From the NCBI GenBank assembly GCA_050230475.1, contig JBFLGF010000102.1, positions 1-64,000 of the forward strand: a stretch of DNA of 64,000 bases. Reading direction: 5' to 3'. Of the stretch, positions 1-11,699 are shown in pieces. The number at the start of each line of letters is the position of its first letter. The stretch's first letter is position 1. A program made the position numbers and the translations under genes. The notes beneath the pieces were generated by a model, which was given only the letters and a program-made list of their open reading frames with translations, made no database searches and was not told the DNA's origin. Source of the stretch: Ancylonema sp. Lineage: Eukaryota.

Positions 1-2780
1 CCCTATTCTGGTGCAGTGGGTGAGGCACCCCCGCACGTGCGAAACCGGCGCCAACTACTTGTCGTAACGTTTACGATCAAATCTGGCTAGACCAATTAGG
101 ATTCACGGCCAGCGGACGTGATCCGACTTGCAGGCCCGTGATACACGGGTGACTTGTGGACCACTATTAACGAATGCAAATTACTTACTTACAATAGGGG
201 CGTATCTACTGGTAACCGGTCGGTATCCGTCATAAGCTACCGATCCCTAGCGCTACGACACTTGACGTACCTATAGAGATCGATGCGTCACACACGAGCG
301 GCTAGGCTAAGCACACTACAAACACGCTAAGGACACAAACGGACACGTGCGGATAGAGACCCGTCCACGTTCCGTACAGTATAACAAGCAAAGAACTTAC
401 TACTTGCATCACGAACACACAACACCACACATACACACTCGCACATCTAGCAAGCAAGCTAGCATGCACCAATTTGGCGACCCAAACCAGGGTCGAACTG
501 CTGCGTTGGCTGATCTAGCTTTCCACAAGTGTGCTTTGCGTGCTCCCGATTGAGCACACCGTCTGGAGGAATGCTCTCTGCAGTAAGGAGTGGCTGCAGC
601 TGTCCAGAAGACCACCCTATCGGCTCCAGCATGTGGAAGGCTGGACGCACACCTCCAGGGTGCAGACTTTCAGCTCCGCGCTCCACTTGTTGGCCATGGA
701 GATGGTGCATAGGAGGGGACTGAATAGAAGGAGGTAGAAGGGAGACGAAAGTGTTGGGATGAGGGACAGAAGGCTCAAGATGCCCTGCGACTCGCTCCCC
801 AAATTGTGGCTTTGCTTCCAGCGAGGTCCAACCTCGAAGGACTGGTTGCATTGCAACACAATACTTCTCCGACTCCCTTGCTTGAAGTCTTCTCTCCGCT
901 GCAGCAGCAATCTGACGGATGACCTCCCGATCCATGAGTGGCAGCCCCGCTAGCTCTCTCCGAGCTTTCTTTGCCCTGAACGCCGGGTCCATCTCGATCC
1001 TCACCGGACTCGGCAAGGCAACGTACAGACGCAAGGCTCCTTCCCATGGCAAGATCCGGCTCGACTACTTACAAGCCGTGGCATCTTCGTCAATCTTATC
1101 GTGGATGACGCGCACCGAATCTTCCGGGTCCGCCTTAAAACGCTTGAGCCTGCTGAGGGCCTCGATGTAGTCATAGACGAACCGCCCTTGGATGGCCACC
1201 AAAAAGCTCTCGATGTCATCAAATTCCGTTGCAGCAGGTGCTGTTGGTGGATGAGCTCTATTTGGAGGATGTAGCGAATCCTTCCGATGGTCCATCCAAG
1301 TTATTTTAGCAACAACTCTGGCAAGCTGGGCTGCATGATCAAGATGAGCAGCTGGGAGTACTGCACTCCTTGCTGCGACCTGCTTGGTCAACACTTTCCG
1401 TTCGTCCGACCCCAAAAATGGTGCAAGGTCATGCTGCAAAAACTCGATCTCGCCGTAGCTGTTGGCGATTCGAGCTCGCTTCAATCCTATCTTGTAGTAC
1501 AAGCCACGCACGACCATGAGAAAGAACTACTGCGCGCTGCCTACCTCCCCGTTGTACACAGGGATAGTTTCCGACATGTCGTCAGAATCGTCGGAATCGT
1601 GAGCCGCAAAGCATATCATGTCCGCGATCCCTCTGTGCGTACGAGTTGATGCAAGGATACTAGTTACGTTTAGCGAGTCAGCTGGAGTGTTAGGACCCTC
1701 GCTACAGTCACTAGGGTTCCCTAGCGAGGTCCTCACACTTAGCGCTAGAGCGCTACTAGCTCAGTTTCCTGCTCACTTTCCTTTATCTCGAGTTCTGTCC
1801 CTATCGAGCGGGAGTGGTGTCCCTAGCGGCCGCCTGGCCCCTTGGGAGTATTCTGGTGTGTCCTTAGTCTGGGCAGTTGTGCCTTTAGATATTGTGTAGT
1901 CAGCCGCCCTTGACGTATTTATCCCACATGTTTCCTAGAGTCGGCTAGGGCCGACTTTCATATATCTAGCCGATAGGAATGCCTATAGAGCCTTCCTATC
2001 AACTCATGTACTTTCACATTGTGCCCCTACCATACCAACCCGACCATTTTGACCATCGGCTCATTCTCCTCTATCCTCTCGACTCATTTTCACCATCATT
2101 TTGTGTGTGGCTAGTATTCCACTCCTAACACAAGGTGGAGAGCCGGATCTGGAAGCTGCAGATCCCGACCCGATGTCATTATCTGCCATACTACGAGCTA
2201 AGCGGCCAGTACTACGTCGCCATGACATTCAGCAGTCATGCGAGCAGTGGAACTCGTGAATGTCAGCGTCCAGTTGATAGAAATAACTTTCTCGATAAAC
2301 TATCCAAGGCAATGGAGACCTTGGTCGCCCACATGCGCCGTGAGCTGGCGATCTATTCGGCTATGGGTATTCCTGCCAACCTCTAAAGCTGCTCAGCGCA
2401 GCACTGTCAGGCGAAGCTAGCAAGACACGTGCGAGGAAGCGATGGAGATTCCGGGATGTTATCGAGAAAGTTAGGGTACAACGCTACTTTTGGCCCTCTT
2501 CTAGTGCAGTGGGTGAGGCACCCCCACACGTGCGAAACCAGCGGCACCTCTAAGAGCGTAACGTTTACGATGAAATCTACCCTAAACCAATCATAGGCCA
2601 CGGCCAACAATCTGATCCGACTTGCAGGCCCGTGGTACACGGTGAACATGTAACTCCTACTGACACATAAAATAACGCCCGGCTAAGGCGGAGAGCCACT
2701 AACCAATCGGCTATAACGGGGGCGTATCCGCTATAAGCAACCGATTCCTACCGCTCCGACATTTAGAGCCTGCCGACGTG
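1..2780 (-). mobile_element. Degenerate non-autonomous LTR-type retroelement (direct repeats around a gag-like ORF)
   Basis: Diverged direct repeat 1-~260 vs 2494-~2760 (TGCAGTGGGTGAGGCACCCCC.CACGTGCGAAACC; ATCCGACTTGCAGGCCCGTG). Internal minus-strand ORF 1065..1517 (FLVAIQGRF...ALSRLKRFK...EDSVR) resembles retrotransposon gag. No RT or integrase seen. Left end runs off the window. Confidence 0.65.
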
Positions 2781-3255
2781 GATATCTAGTCACACATATC
2801 ATTCTATCGATAGGGTTGGGCACGATTGTGCCATACATTGCTCGGAGTATGTAAGTCGGCTTTCGGCTATTACTTAATAATTTTGTCTCACCAAAATTGC
2901 GGCTTTGCAAGTGTTCTTTGCTTTGCGTGTATTTGCATGGAGAATCCACTATCGTTGAGTTCTAGTCTTGAACTTAGTCGATCCACTTCGGAAAATGTCT
3001 GGAAGTCAACACGGGTAAGCCCGTGATTGACTCCGTCAGTTGTCTTATAGACTATGGGGTTTAGGTGACAAACGAAGTTGGCTTCTCCTCCCCCATCTCG
3101 TTGGCTCAAACCCCGATGGCAATCTATTTGATGAGTCAACAAATCATTCGTGATTTCCGCTATTTTGTTGCATTTGCTACCAAAAAGTATGAGCGTGTTA
3201 GATCTTCACACATCATGGAGCGCGATTGCGATGGACTTCCTTTTTTTTCCATTTC

Positions 3256-3420
3256 GGGCTCCGCTCTCATTTCCGGGCTCCGATCAATTTTTTTGGGCTG
3301 CGGAATCTGGGCTCCGAGTCGGGCTCTGGGCTGCGGACTCCGCAATAAGTTCTGGGCTCAGTGTGGGCAGCGGGCTCTGAGCTCTGAGCTATGGGCTGCG
3401 GAGCCCAGAGCTCAGAGCAT
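3256..3420. repeat. GGGCTC/TGGGCT-motif cluster (probable subterminal repeats of a DNA-transposon remnant)
   Basis: Many GGGCTC/GAGCTC/GGGCTG copies in 165 bp; a similar cluster lies at 15008-15350. Confidence 0.55.
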
Positions 3421-3500
3421 ATCTCCTGTTTGTTGTAACGAAGTTACGCTGTATCGAGTAATCGACAATGCCCCGCTTGACCCCCGTTTTCGCAATTATT

Positions 3501-3509
3501 GGCGCGAAA
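3501..3509 (-). promoter_or_regulatory. Candidate E2F-binding site upstream of LIG1
   Basis: GGCGCGAAA = TTTCGCGCC on the minus strand, matching the E2F consensus TTTSSCGS, about 55 bp before the first in-frame ATG of a replication gene. Confidence 0.5.
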
Positions 3510-3564
3510 ATTGTTGGCATCCTCAAATTCGACTGCTCTTTCGGTTTGGTGTGGTAGATGCGAG

Positions 3565-6500
3565 ATGCTCGCTGCGAGGCCCGGCATCTCACGTGCATTG
3601 GTGACGAACTCGCCCGCAAATTTTTCTCGGGTGTCTCTGTCTGGTAAACAGTTTCCCCGCCGTACTGGCAAGTTTACCGGTTCGAAGGATTGTAGAACAT
3701 CGTTTGTCACGTCATTTCACCCAGGGCTTCTTGACACCAGTTCTCAGTTCTTTAGGAGCCTTCATGGCTACTTAATTGCAGACAGTTTCCAGTCTGTTAA
3801 ATCAGGGCAAGGGTCTTCACTTCGTCAACTAGTCCGCGGACCGTCTTGTCGTCGTGTTTGGGAGCCTGAAGGTCGCCCGTTAAGGCTTGAAACCTGGAAC
3901 TTTTCACGAGGTGCCATATCAGTGAAATCGTGCTCGATGACTGGCGCTGAGGGTCCGAAGAAGAAGGGCGCTAAGAAAAAAACCAACGAGAATGTGAACA
4001 AGTCCACCAATCAAAAGTCAATCGCCTCCTTTTTTGGTGGCGGTTCGAAAGTTGGGAACGGAGCAGAGAAAACTGCCGCGAAACAGTCTTCGATAAACAG
4101 TTTTTTTGCAAATGAGAGGACTGTAACTCCTGACACTTCCGTGGTACATCGCAACAAGTCACTTTCCTCTATTTCACCACAGCCCCCAGTCACTCCCGCG
4201 CTTCCTCCTCAATGTGCGAGCTCGGAAGACGCCAGCACAGTGGATCCGAGATTCCCAGATGAGGCCATTACTTCTGATGGAGCCGAGGAGGCTGAGCCCA
4301 AAGTCTACCAGAGACGGAAGAGGCGTGTGATGGTTGGGACAGATGACGAAGAAGATATGCCCTCTTCTCCATCCGCTCCTTCCCCTTCATCCCCACTCGT
4401 GACAGAGGGCAGTACTTTAGCAGAGCTGAAGAAGGATGGTGAGGACGTAGGGTGTCCTGGTGCCGCAGAACCAGTGAAGACTGCTGCGGGAGTTGGAGGG
4501 GGGAAGAAGCGAAGGCGCTTGTGTAAAACAGGGGATCTGAACACAGCGTCGGCGCCTCCTCACAGGGCAGCTGTGAAGGAAGATCAGGGCTCCACCAATT
4601 CGGTGGAGGAGGGTGAAGCTCAGGTGGCAGCAAGCGGCAGTCTTGATAATGCAGGGGAGAGAGGAGAGAGAAGTGGTGATGACGAGTCAGGGGACAGTGG
4701 AGAGGAAGCTGATTTGGATGATGATCTGGGGTCTGATTTGGAGGTCGGTGGTGGAGCAGTTCCGGAAGCCACTCCTGCAAAGAAAGCTGCAACGAGTCGG
4801 AAACGGAAGGTGGCGACCAAGAAGGGAGCAAAGGCAAGCAAGGTGGAGGGGGTGAGTGATGGCCTGGTGGCGTTGGCAGTGAAGAGTAAGGATTACGATG
4901 CGGCTGGGGCTGCCACGTGGAAGCCTGGGGACAGTGTGCCATTCTCTTACTTGGCGCAAGCTTTAGAGGGTATGCATCCTCGTCCACCGTTCTATCCACG
5001 CTCGTCCACCATTCCACAAACTGTTTATGTCCATTCGCTGCAATGATCATCGACAGCTGTCAGGAGTCCCAGCAGAAGTTGTAGATCACCCCTTCATGTT
5101 GTTGCGGTAGGTGTGGGTGGAGGATTGAGTCCATGTTCCCCCCGTGCTGTGCGGTCCACAGCCATTTCCAAGGAGAGCAAGCGGTTGTTGATCACGGAAC
5201 TCCTCTGCAACGTGTTCCGCACCGTGATCGCCACTTCGCCACAAGACCTGGTACCCGTGGTGTACCTGGTAGCCAACCGCGTGGCGCCGCCGCATGAGGG
5301 GGTGGAGATGGGGATTGGGGATGCCACTATCATCAAAGCCCTGGCCGAGGCTACGGGGAGAAAAGAGACGCAAATCAAGAGCGAGTATAAGGTAGGAAGG
5401 ACCAAACGACCATACCTGTTGTGCTAGGAAGAGATTGTTCTGCAGCCCTGTAGACTTCTATGGGAGAGATCTGGGGAAAGGTGGGAATGTTATATGGTGA
5501 ATGAAAAGGCCTAGTTTCTATACATTCAGACATGGTGTTCAACCAGACTCTGTGCTCAAGGCCCCTGTTTCTCACTCCCCCCCCCCGTCATCAGGATTGT
5601 GGAGACTTGGGATTGGTCGCCAAGACCTCTCGGATGACTCAGCGCACCATGTTCACTCCCCAACCCATCACATGTGCGAAACTGCTCGAACAGTTTCGGG
5701 AAATCGCCAAAGTAAGGAGGGCAAGAAGGCAACGCTCTGGCCTTGGTTTTTGTTTTTTGTTTTTTGTTGTTTTACCGAGTAACGTTGGCACTCGGTATGG
5801 CTGTGTTGCAGGAGAGCGGTCATGACAAAAAGAAGGTTCGCATGAAAGCCCTGATCGTGGCCGCCAGAGACAACGAGGCACAGTTCATTGTGAGACTGCT
5901 ACAGGTAAGCAGCCCCCTGCTACCTCACACCCTGCGGCCGGTCCGTACTTCGACCCTGACCAGGGTCCGTGAGAGGGGTCCAGGGCAAGATGCGGATCGG
6001 TCTCGCGGAGCAGACAGTGCTCGCCGCTCTGGCACAGGCAGCTGTGATGCAGGAGACCCCAACCGTATCCCAACCTCTCCTGCCCGCGAGGCTGGACGAG
6101 GCCCAGAAGTTGATGAAGGAGGCGTACCACATGCTGCCCGTGGTGGACCTGTTGGTGAAGGCCATCCTGGAAGGCGGCGTGTCCTCCCTGCCGTCCATGT
6201 GTCCGTTCACCCTGGGCGTGCCTGTGGGGCCCATGCTGGCCAAACCCACCAAAGGAATCTCGGAGATTCTGGACAAGTTTCAGGACACCGTGTTCACGTG
6301 TGAATACAAATACGACGGGGAACGGGCTCAGGTGGGTGGCGAGAGGGGGACCAATGTGGGCTCAGTAGGGTCGTGAACAGCTGAGAGTATAATTTGAGAG
6401 GTGTAGGTGTTGCATCTGATTTGAGCGGTTCTGATTGGTGTTCCAGATCCACTGCATGGAGGACGGGACGGTGGAGATCTACAGCCGAAACGCGGAACAT

Positions 6501-7928
6501 AACACTCAAAAATTTCCCGACCTTGTGATGCACATCAACAAACACAAGCGACCCACCACCACTTCCTTTGTCCTCGACTGTGAAGCCGTGGCATACGACC
6601 GAGAGCTGAAGAGGATACTGCCCTTTCAGGTGCTGTCCACGCGTGGACGGAAGGGTGTGCTGATGAGCGACATCAAGGTGCAGGTCTGCCTCTACGCATT
6701 CGACCTCCTCTACTTCAACGGCCGCTCCCTGCTGCTGGAGCACCTGAACAGGAGGAGAACGGTGAGGGCTGCAGAAGGGGGAGGGGGGGCTCTGAGTTGC
6801 AGAATGTTGAGGTTTGGGTGATGTTGGGGACTGGGGACTGGGGACTGGGGAGGGTCCAGTTGTTGTACGAGGCGTTTGAAGAGGTGGAGGGCGAGTTCCA
6901 GTTCGCAACTGCGGTGACGACCCGCGACATTGAGGAGATCCAGACCTTTTTGAATGAGGCCGTGAACAGCAGCTGCGAGGGCGTGATGGTGAAGACGTTG
7001 GAGCAGGAGGCCACGTATGAGCCCGCCAAGCGATCCAACAACTGGCTCAAACTGAAGAAGGACTACATGGGGGGCCTGGGGGATTCCCTGGACCTGGTGC
7101 CCATCGGAGGCTTCCACGGCAAGGGGAAGAGAGCCGGCGTGTTTGGCGCATTCCTACTGGCGTGCTACGATGAAGCGGCGGAGGAGTACCAGTCCATATG
7201 CAAAGTTGGTGAGTCAGAGGCAGAGGGACCCAACCCCCACCCTCATTCACTGATGATGCTGCTTCTCCACCCCGGTGTTTCAGGCACGGGGTTCAGCGAG
7301 GTGGCTCTGGAGGAGCGTTCCCAGAGTCTTCGTTCTAACGTTCGTGACGGCCCCGCTGCCTACTACCGCGTGGCGGACAGCATGCAGTCCGGTGTGGACG
7401 TGTGGTTCGACCCCTGCCAGGTGTGGGAGGTGAAGGCGGCGGACCTGAGCATCAGCCCCGTGCACCGAGCGGGAGCAGGGATTGTGGACCCAAACAAGGT
7501 GAGGGAAGGGGGGGAGACGACCCCCATGCCGACTGGAGGAGGCGGGGGTGTAAGTGAATGTGTGGTCTGGTTTGTGGGTGTCAGGGAATTGCTCTGCGTT
7601 TTCCGCGCTTCCTTCGTGGACGGGAGGATAAGACACCCGAGCAGGCCACCACGGCAGAGCAGGTAGGGAGGGGGGCACAGGGTCAGGGGGGGGGGTGTAG
7701 ACTGCGCATGGCATGCACAAAGTCGAAGGAGGACACCAGATTGGATGGTATCACCAATTATGAACGCTGAGGTTCGTCGGATATTTTGTCCCCAACTTGG
7801 TTTGTGGCGATGTCTTGATGTCATGACTTGATCATCGTTACGGGTCCATTGTGTGTCCCTAGGTGGCGGACATGTATCGCGCGCAGAAAATCCACCATCG
7901 CTCCGTTATCCAGTCGGATGAGGATTGA
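3565..7928 (+). CDS. LIG1: DNA ligase I (ATP-dependent), 10 exons
   Basis: Exons by GT-AG and frame: 3565-4969, 5162-5391, 5595-5711, 5812-5904, 5984-6331, 6447-6761, 6860-7208, 7284-7498, 7585-7662, 7863-7928(TGA). Motifs: [10 protein letters not shown] (adenylated Lys), [28 protein letters not shown]-terminal PIP boxes. Second in-frame ATG at 3937. Confidence 0.95.
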
Positions 7929-9989
7929 GGATTGAAGGATGCACCATGGCATGGGAGGTCAAGTGCAAGGGGGGGCACGTGTTCCTCTCGAGGGCAACCA
8001 ATCCTGTTAGGGTGTGGAGGCTCGATACTAGATCTGTATGTTGTCTAGAAATATGTAAATGTGTACACTTGGCTTCTTACAACGGCACCTGAACCTCATG
8101 ATAGGTGTTCATATGAAACCTGTCATTGGATCGTCAAACCAGTTAACATTTAGTAGGAAAGCTGACCCGTCTACTTGTTTTCGAGAAAGCCACGACCACA
8201 AAGGAAAATGGCATCACACGAGGCATAAATGGTTTGCATGTATGTTAGTGTGACACGGTTGCACATGTAGGAGATATGCTAATTGTTGTTTTTTAACCGG
8301 GGTGATTATCTTTGACCAATAAATATAGAGTACCGTACAAAAAACCAAAGGGATACAAACAAAGAATGGGTCACAAGTAAGGGGACATTATAAAGTGGCG
8401 CTTCTTTCTAAGTGGTACAAATAAACACTACTATTTCTTAAAGCAATCCATGCATCCTCATTATGAGTAAGAAAAACACCTTCTTCGATTCTTGCACTCG
8501 TAAACTTCACTCAACGGCATGTTACGTTTTTTCTGAGCATTGATTACCAAACAAATACACACAAGGATACAAATTCGGGTGCAAGTCAAGGGGAAATTAT
8601 TGAGTGGTGCTTATTCATCAAGTCCCATTTACTGAGGTCAAGTACTCTACCCGTCGGAGGTGACGATCCAAAGTATTTCCGTAAAGGATGGACTGGATCT
8701 TCACAATCAAATGGATGATGGCCGCCTGGTTCGCGTGACAAACCATTGCTACTAAATGAATGTGGATCATCATCCTAAAATTGTCTTCCTGAGATTTCGG
8801 AAGGCTTCTAAAGGAGAAGGATGAGGAAGATGAAGACGGGGAAGAGGGAAAAGTCGATGAATAGTCACACAAATGACACGTGGAAAATGTGTCACGTAAC
8901 GTTATCAACACTCGTTTCGTTGTTAGGTAGAATTGCATTGAGCATCATACTCTATTTCTCGTTCATACTTGCACATTGGGACAGATCTACCTACACTAGT
9001 GGAACGCTAGGTTTGATGCTCTATCGTTGCGATTTGAATCTTTATGTGTCTTCTCGAATAGATTTATATTTGGTTACCTCCATTTTTATTTTGTAAGCTC
9101 CAATACTCACTCCGATATACAACTACATGCCGCATGCCGTATGTGTTCGTATGTCATCATGCCTATGTGACATTTTTTATCGGACTTTCAATTCAATAAC
9201 AATTGAATACATTACACACAATCACTACCATATCGCATCATCGATTATGCATATGACAATGAAGTCAGGTGCGGAAATAGGGAGGCGGTAGGTACGATAC
9301 GACAATCGAGACAAAACCGCAAACCCAGCTTAAACGCCCCCCTGCCAACACCTAGATACCGGTTCGTGGGCACATTGGGGGTATCATAATCACACTCTTA
9401 TCACTTGAAAATGATTAAAGTCACCGGGATCAAGTGCGTGGATTATTGACAATTACAAAATTGACTGAATATTTTGCTAGATCACCATTTTTCCCCACTA
9501 TATTTATTTAGCACACTATGTAGCGCATTTGACGGAAATATGTCATGGCATAAGCTTTCCGTATCGCATATGGACGGTGTCATATTCTACGGCAAGCGCC
9601 TCAGCCGCAGTGGACGACATGTTAATATGGTTTTTTTTTTTTTTAATGACTTGCGCCACAAAAACTAGGAAATGAGCAGTCGTAGGTAATGCCATTTACT
9701 ATTCTTTTATTTTGTTGTTGTCGCTGTCGGTGGATTAACATCAATCTCTGGCCACTACGGTAGTGAAACGTGGATGGCTGTAGTGAACTCCCCTCCCTTA
9801 TGTATTGTATAGTCATTACAATCACACTCAAACTCCGGTTTAAGAAATGTAGAATGTTTCTTATACGAATGATTCTTATACCGCATTTGGAATGTAAATA
9901 CGCGGAAATTACCCAAACGCAGACGGGAACACTCCCACACTTCTCCGAACGCGTGCGGACTCGACCGCGGACGCCGTCCTTCCGAGCGT

Positions 9990-11050
9990 CCACGCGGGGG
10001 CTCCATTTCGGGATTTCAAAAACCGAGTGTCAAAAAAGCATAGCCCGTAAATGGTTCTTGTTTTCTCACGTATTATTATTTTGATATTGTCGAGTAGGGG
10101 TTCTGGTGTTAAAATCGTATTCTCTCTCGCTTTAATGCTAATGAAGAGTTAAAAAACAAGAAACGCATGAACCCTCGAAAACTTCAAAATACCTGCCTCT
10201 CGGGCGGAAATTTGCGACATCTTCCGAACGCGTTCGGGGCCGGCGAGCGATGCCCGGCAGGAATTGGACGTTCGTGCTACTTATGGAAAAACTGGAAGGT
10301 AGTTTCTGATATATAACACATTTTTTAAACGAGACTCTCATACACCCAAACCCCGACATATCAAAGCTAGTTTTTTTTTGGTGAAGGGGGGAACTTTTAG
10401 CGAATGTTTATGATACAAATCATATTTTTAGTGTAAAAACGCAAAAGAAAGCCTGAAATTAGTTTCGTGCGAAAAAAAGTAAATTATAATGGAGTTTTTT
10501 ACATTTTGCTGTGAGTATATTGAGGTTGTAGTGTGCAGCGTGTGTCTTCTGTGCGGAGAGCGGAATACGGCGGACGGATTGTTATGTACTAGTATGTCGA
10601 AAGGATTATTAGAGGGTTTGATGACCTTCTAAAGTTAGACCACTCGTAGACCCTTAATCAAGATTCGGAATTCCAAATTGGTAAATCCAAAATATTTGTG
10701 TGATGCATACGAGATCTTAATAGCAGATGAAATCGTCAAATGGGCAACAACGAGTCCATAGGTGCTTTTCAAATGCTTCGTCAATCACTTGTCACACGAA
10801 GGCCATTGGGGCTTATGTGGAAACATTTCGCGAAGTCGGTGAAGAAGAACAAAACGGTGTTTTTAGTATGTAAAACTCCACAATGATCGAAATTAATAAT
10901 CGAACCGCAAATATCATCTTATCTACAATATCAAAAAATAATGGTGTGCGTAGCATCAACCGTTTAGAAGCTATGTTTTCTTTGATTTGGTTAATTAAAA
11001 TCCCGAAATTCAACACGCCTCGAGGAGGTGGGCGGGAAATGTCCCGCCCG
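9990..11050. mobile_element. Degenerate long inverted-repeat element (possibly Mutator-like TIRs)
   Basis: 9990-10100 (+) resembles 10915-11050 read on the minus strand (ATTTCGGGATTT...TCAAA.AA..CATAGC...TTTTGATATTGT); a related copy is at 44147-44290. Confidence 0.45.
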
Positions 11051-11429
11051 CATGGTAAAAAAATATTGGTTATGTTTGCATATTGTAGTTGTCGGTATGG
11101 CCTAGACATGTACTTTATGAAAATATGGAACATGCTTGAAGAGATGATGTACAATGACAACAAGAAAAATCTCACAAAAATAAAATGAACGGGTCGGAGA
11201 TCAATATACAATATTGTGTGGAACGTTATTCTTTCTTCATACTTGGTAATGATTAAGGTCGCTAGTGTGTTGAGCGATATGATTTGGCCCAGAAAATACC
11301 TCTTCTGTCAGGTATTAACATATTTCATTTTGAAGTTGTTAGGTTGATAAGATACGGGGGAGGTTTTAAAGCCTTAGATACCGAACTCTTAAATTTACAT
11401 ATTACTAATGGTAAATTCTTTAGAGCACA

Positions 11430-11578
11430 TAAAATCTGTCTAAATTAACAACCGGAGGTATAATAAAGTAAGACAAGTAATTAATATACACGTCAGTAAA
11501 AAATTCGGAGGAAAAAATCCGTTAATTTAGACAGGTTAATAATTTGCGCAGTGCTAATTTACACAAGTTTTCACTGTA
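11430..11578 (-). mobile_element. Single end of a Tc1/pogo (Tigger-like) element
   Basis: Minus strand reads TA|CAGTGAAAACTTGTGTAAATTA with repeated TAAATTA subterminal motifs; partner end not found. Confidence 0.35.
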
Positions 11579-11699
11579 TTTTCACTGTGCGGTAAATTGC
11601 AGAGCGTTGCGCAAACAGAGCGTGGCAGAGTTCATGGATGAATGTGAGGTTAGAATTTGCCAGGACACGCAGCATGTATTATTATAATTAGGTGGTATC

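Noticed and set aside
3065..3604. 179-aa ORF upstream of LIG1
   Set aside because: Runs through the GGGCTC repeat cluster; no family motif.
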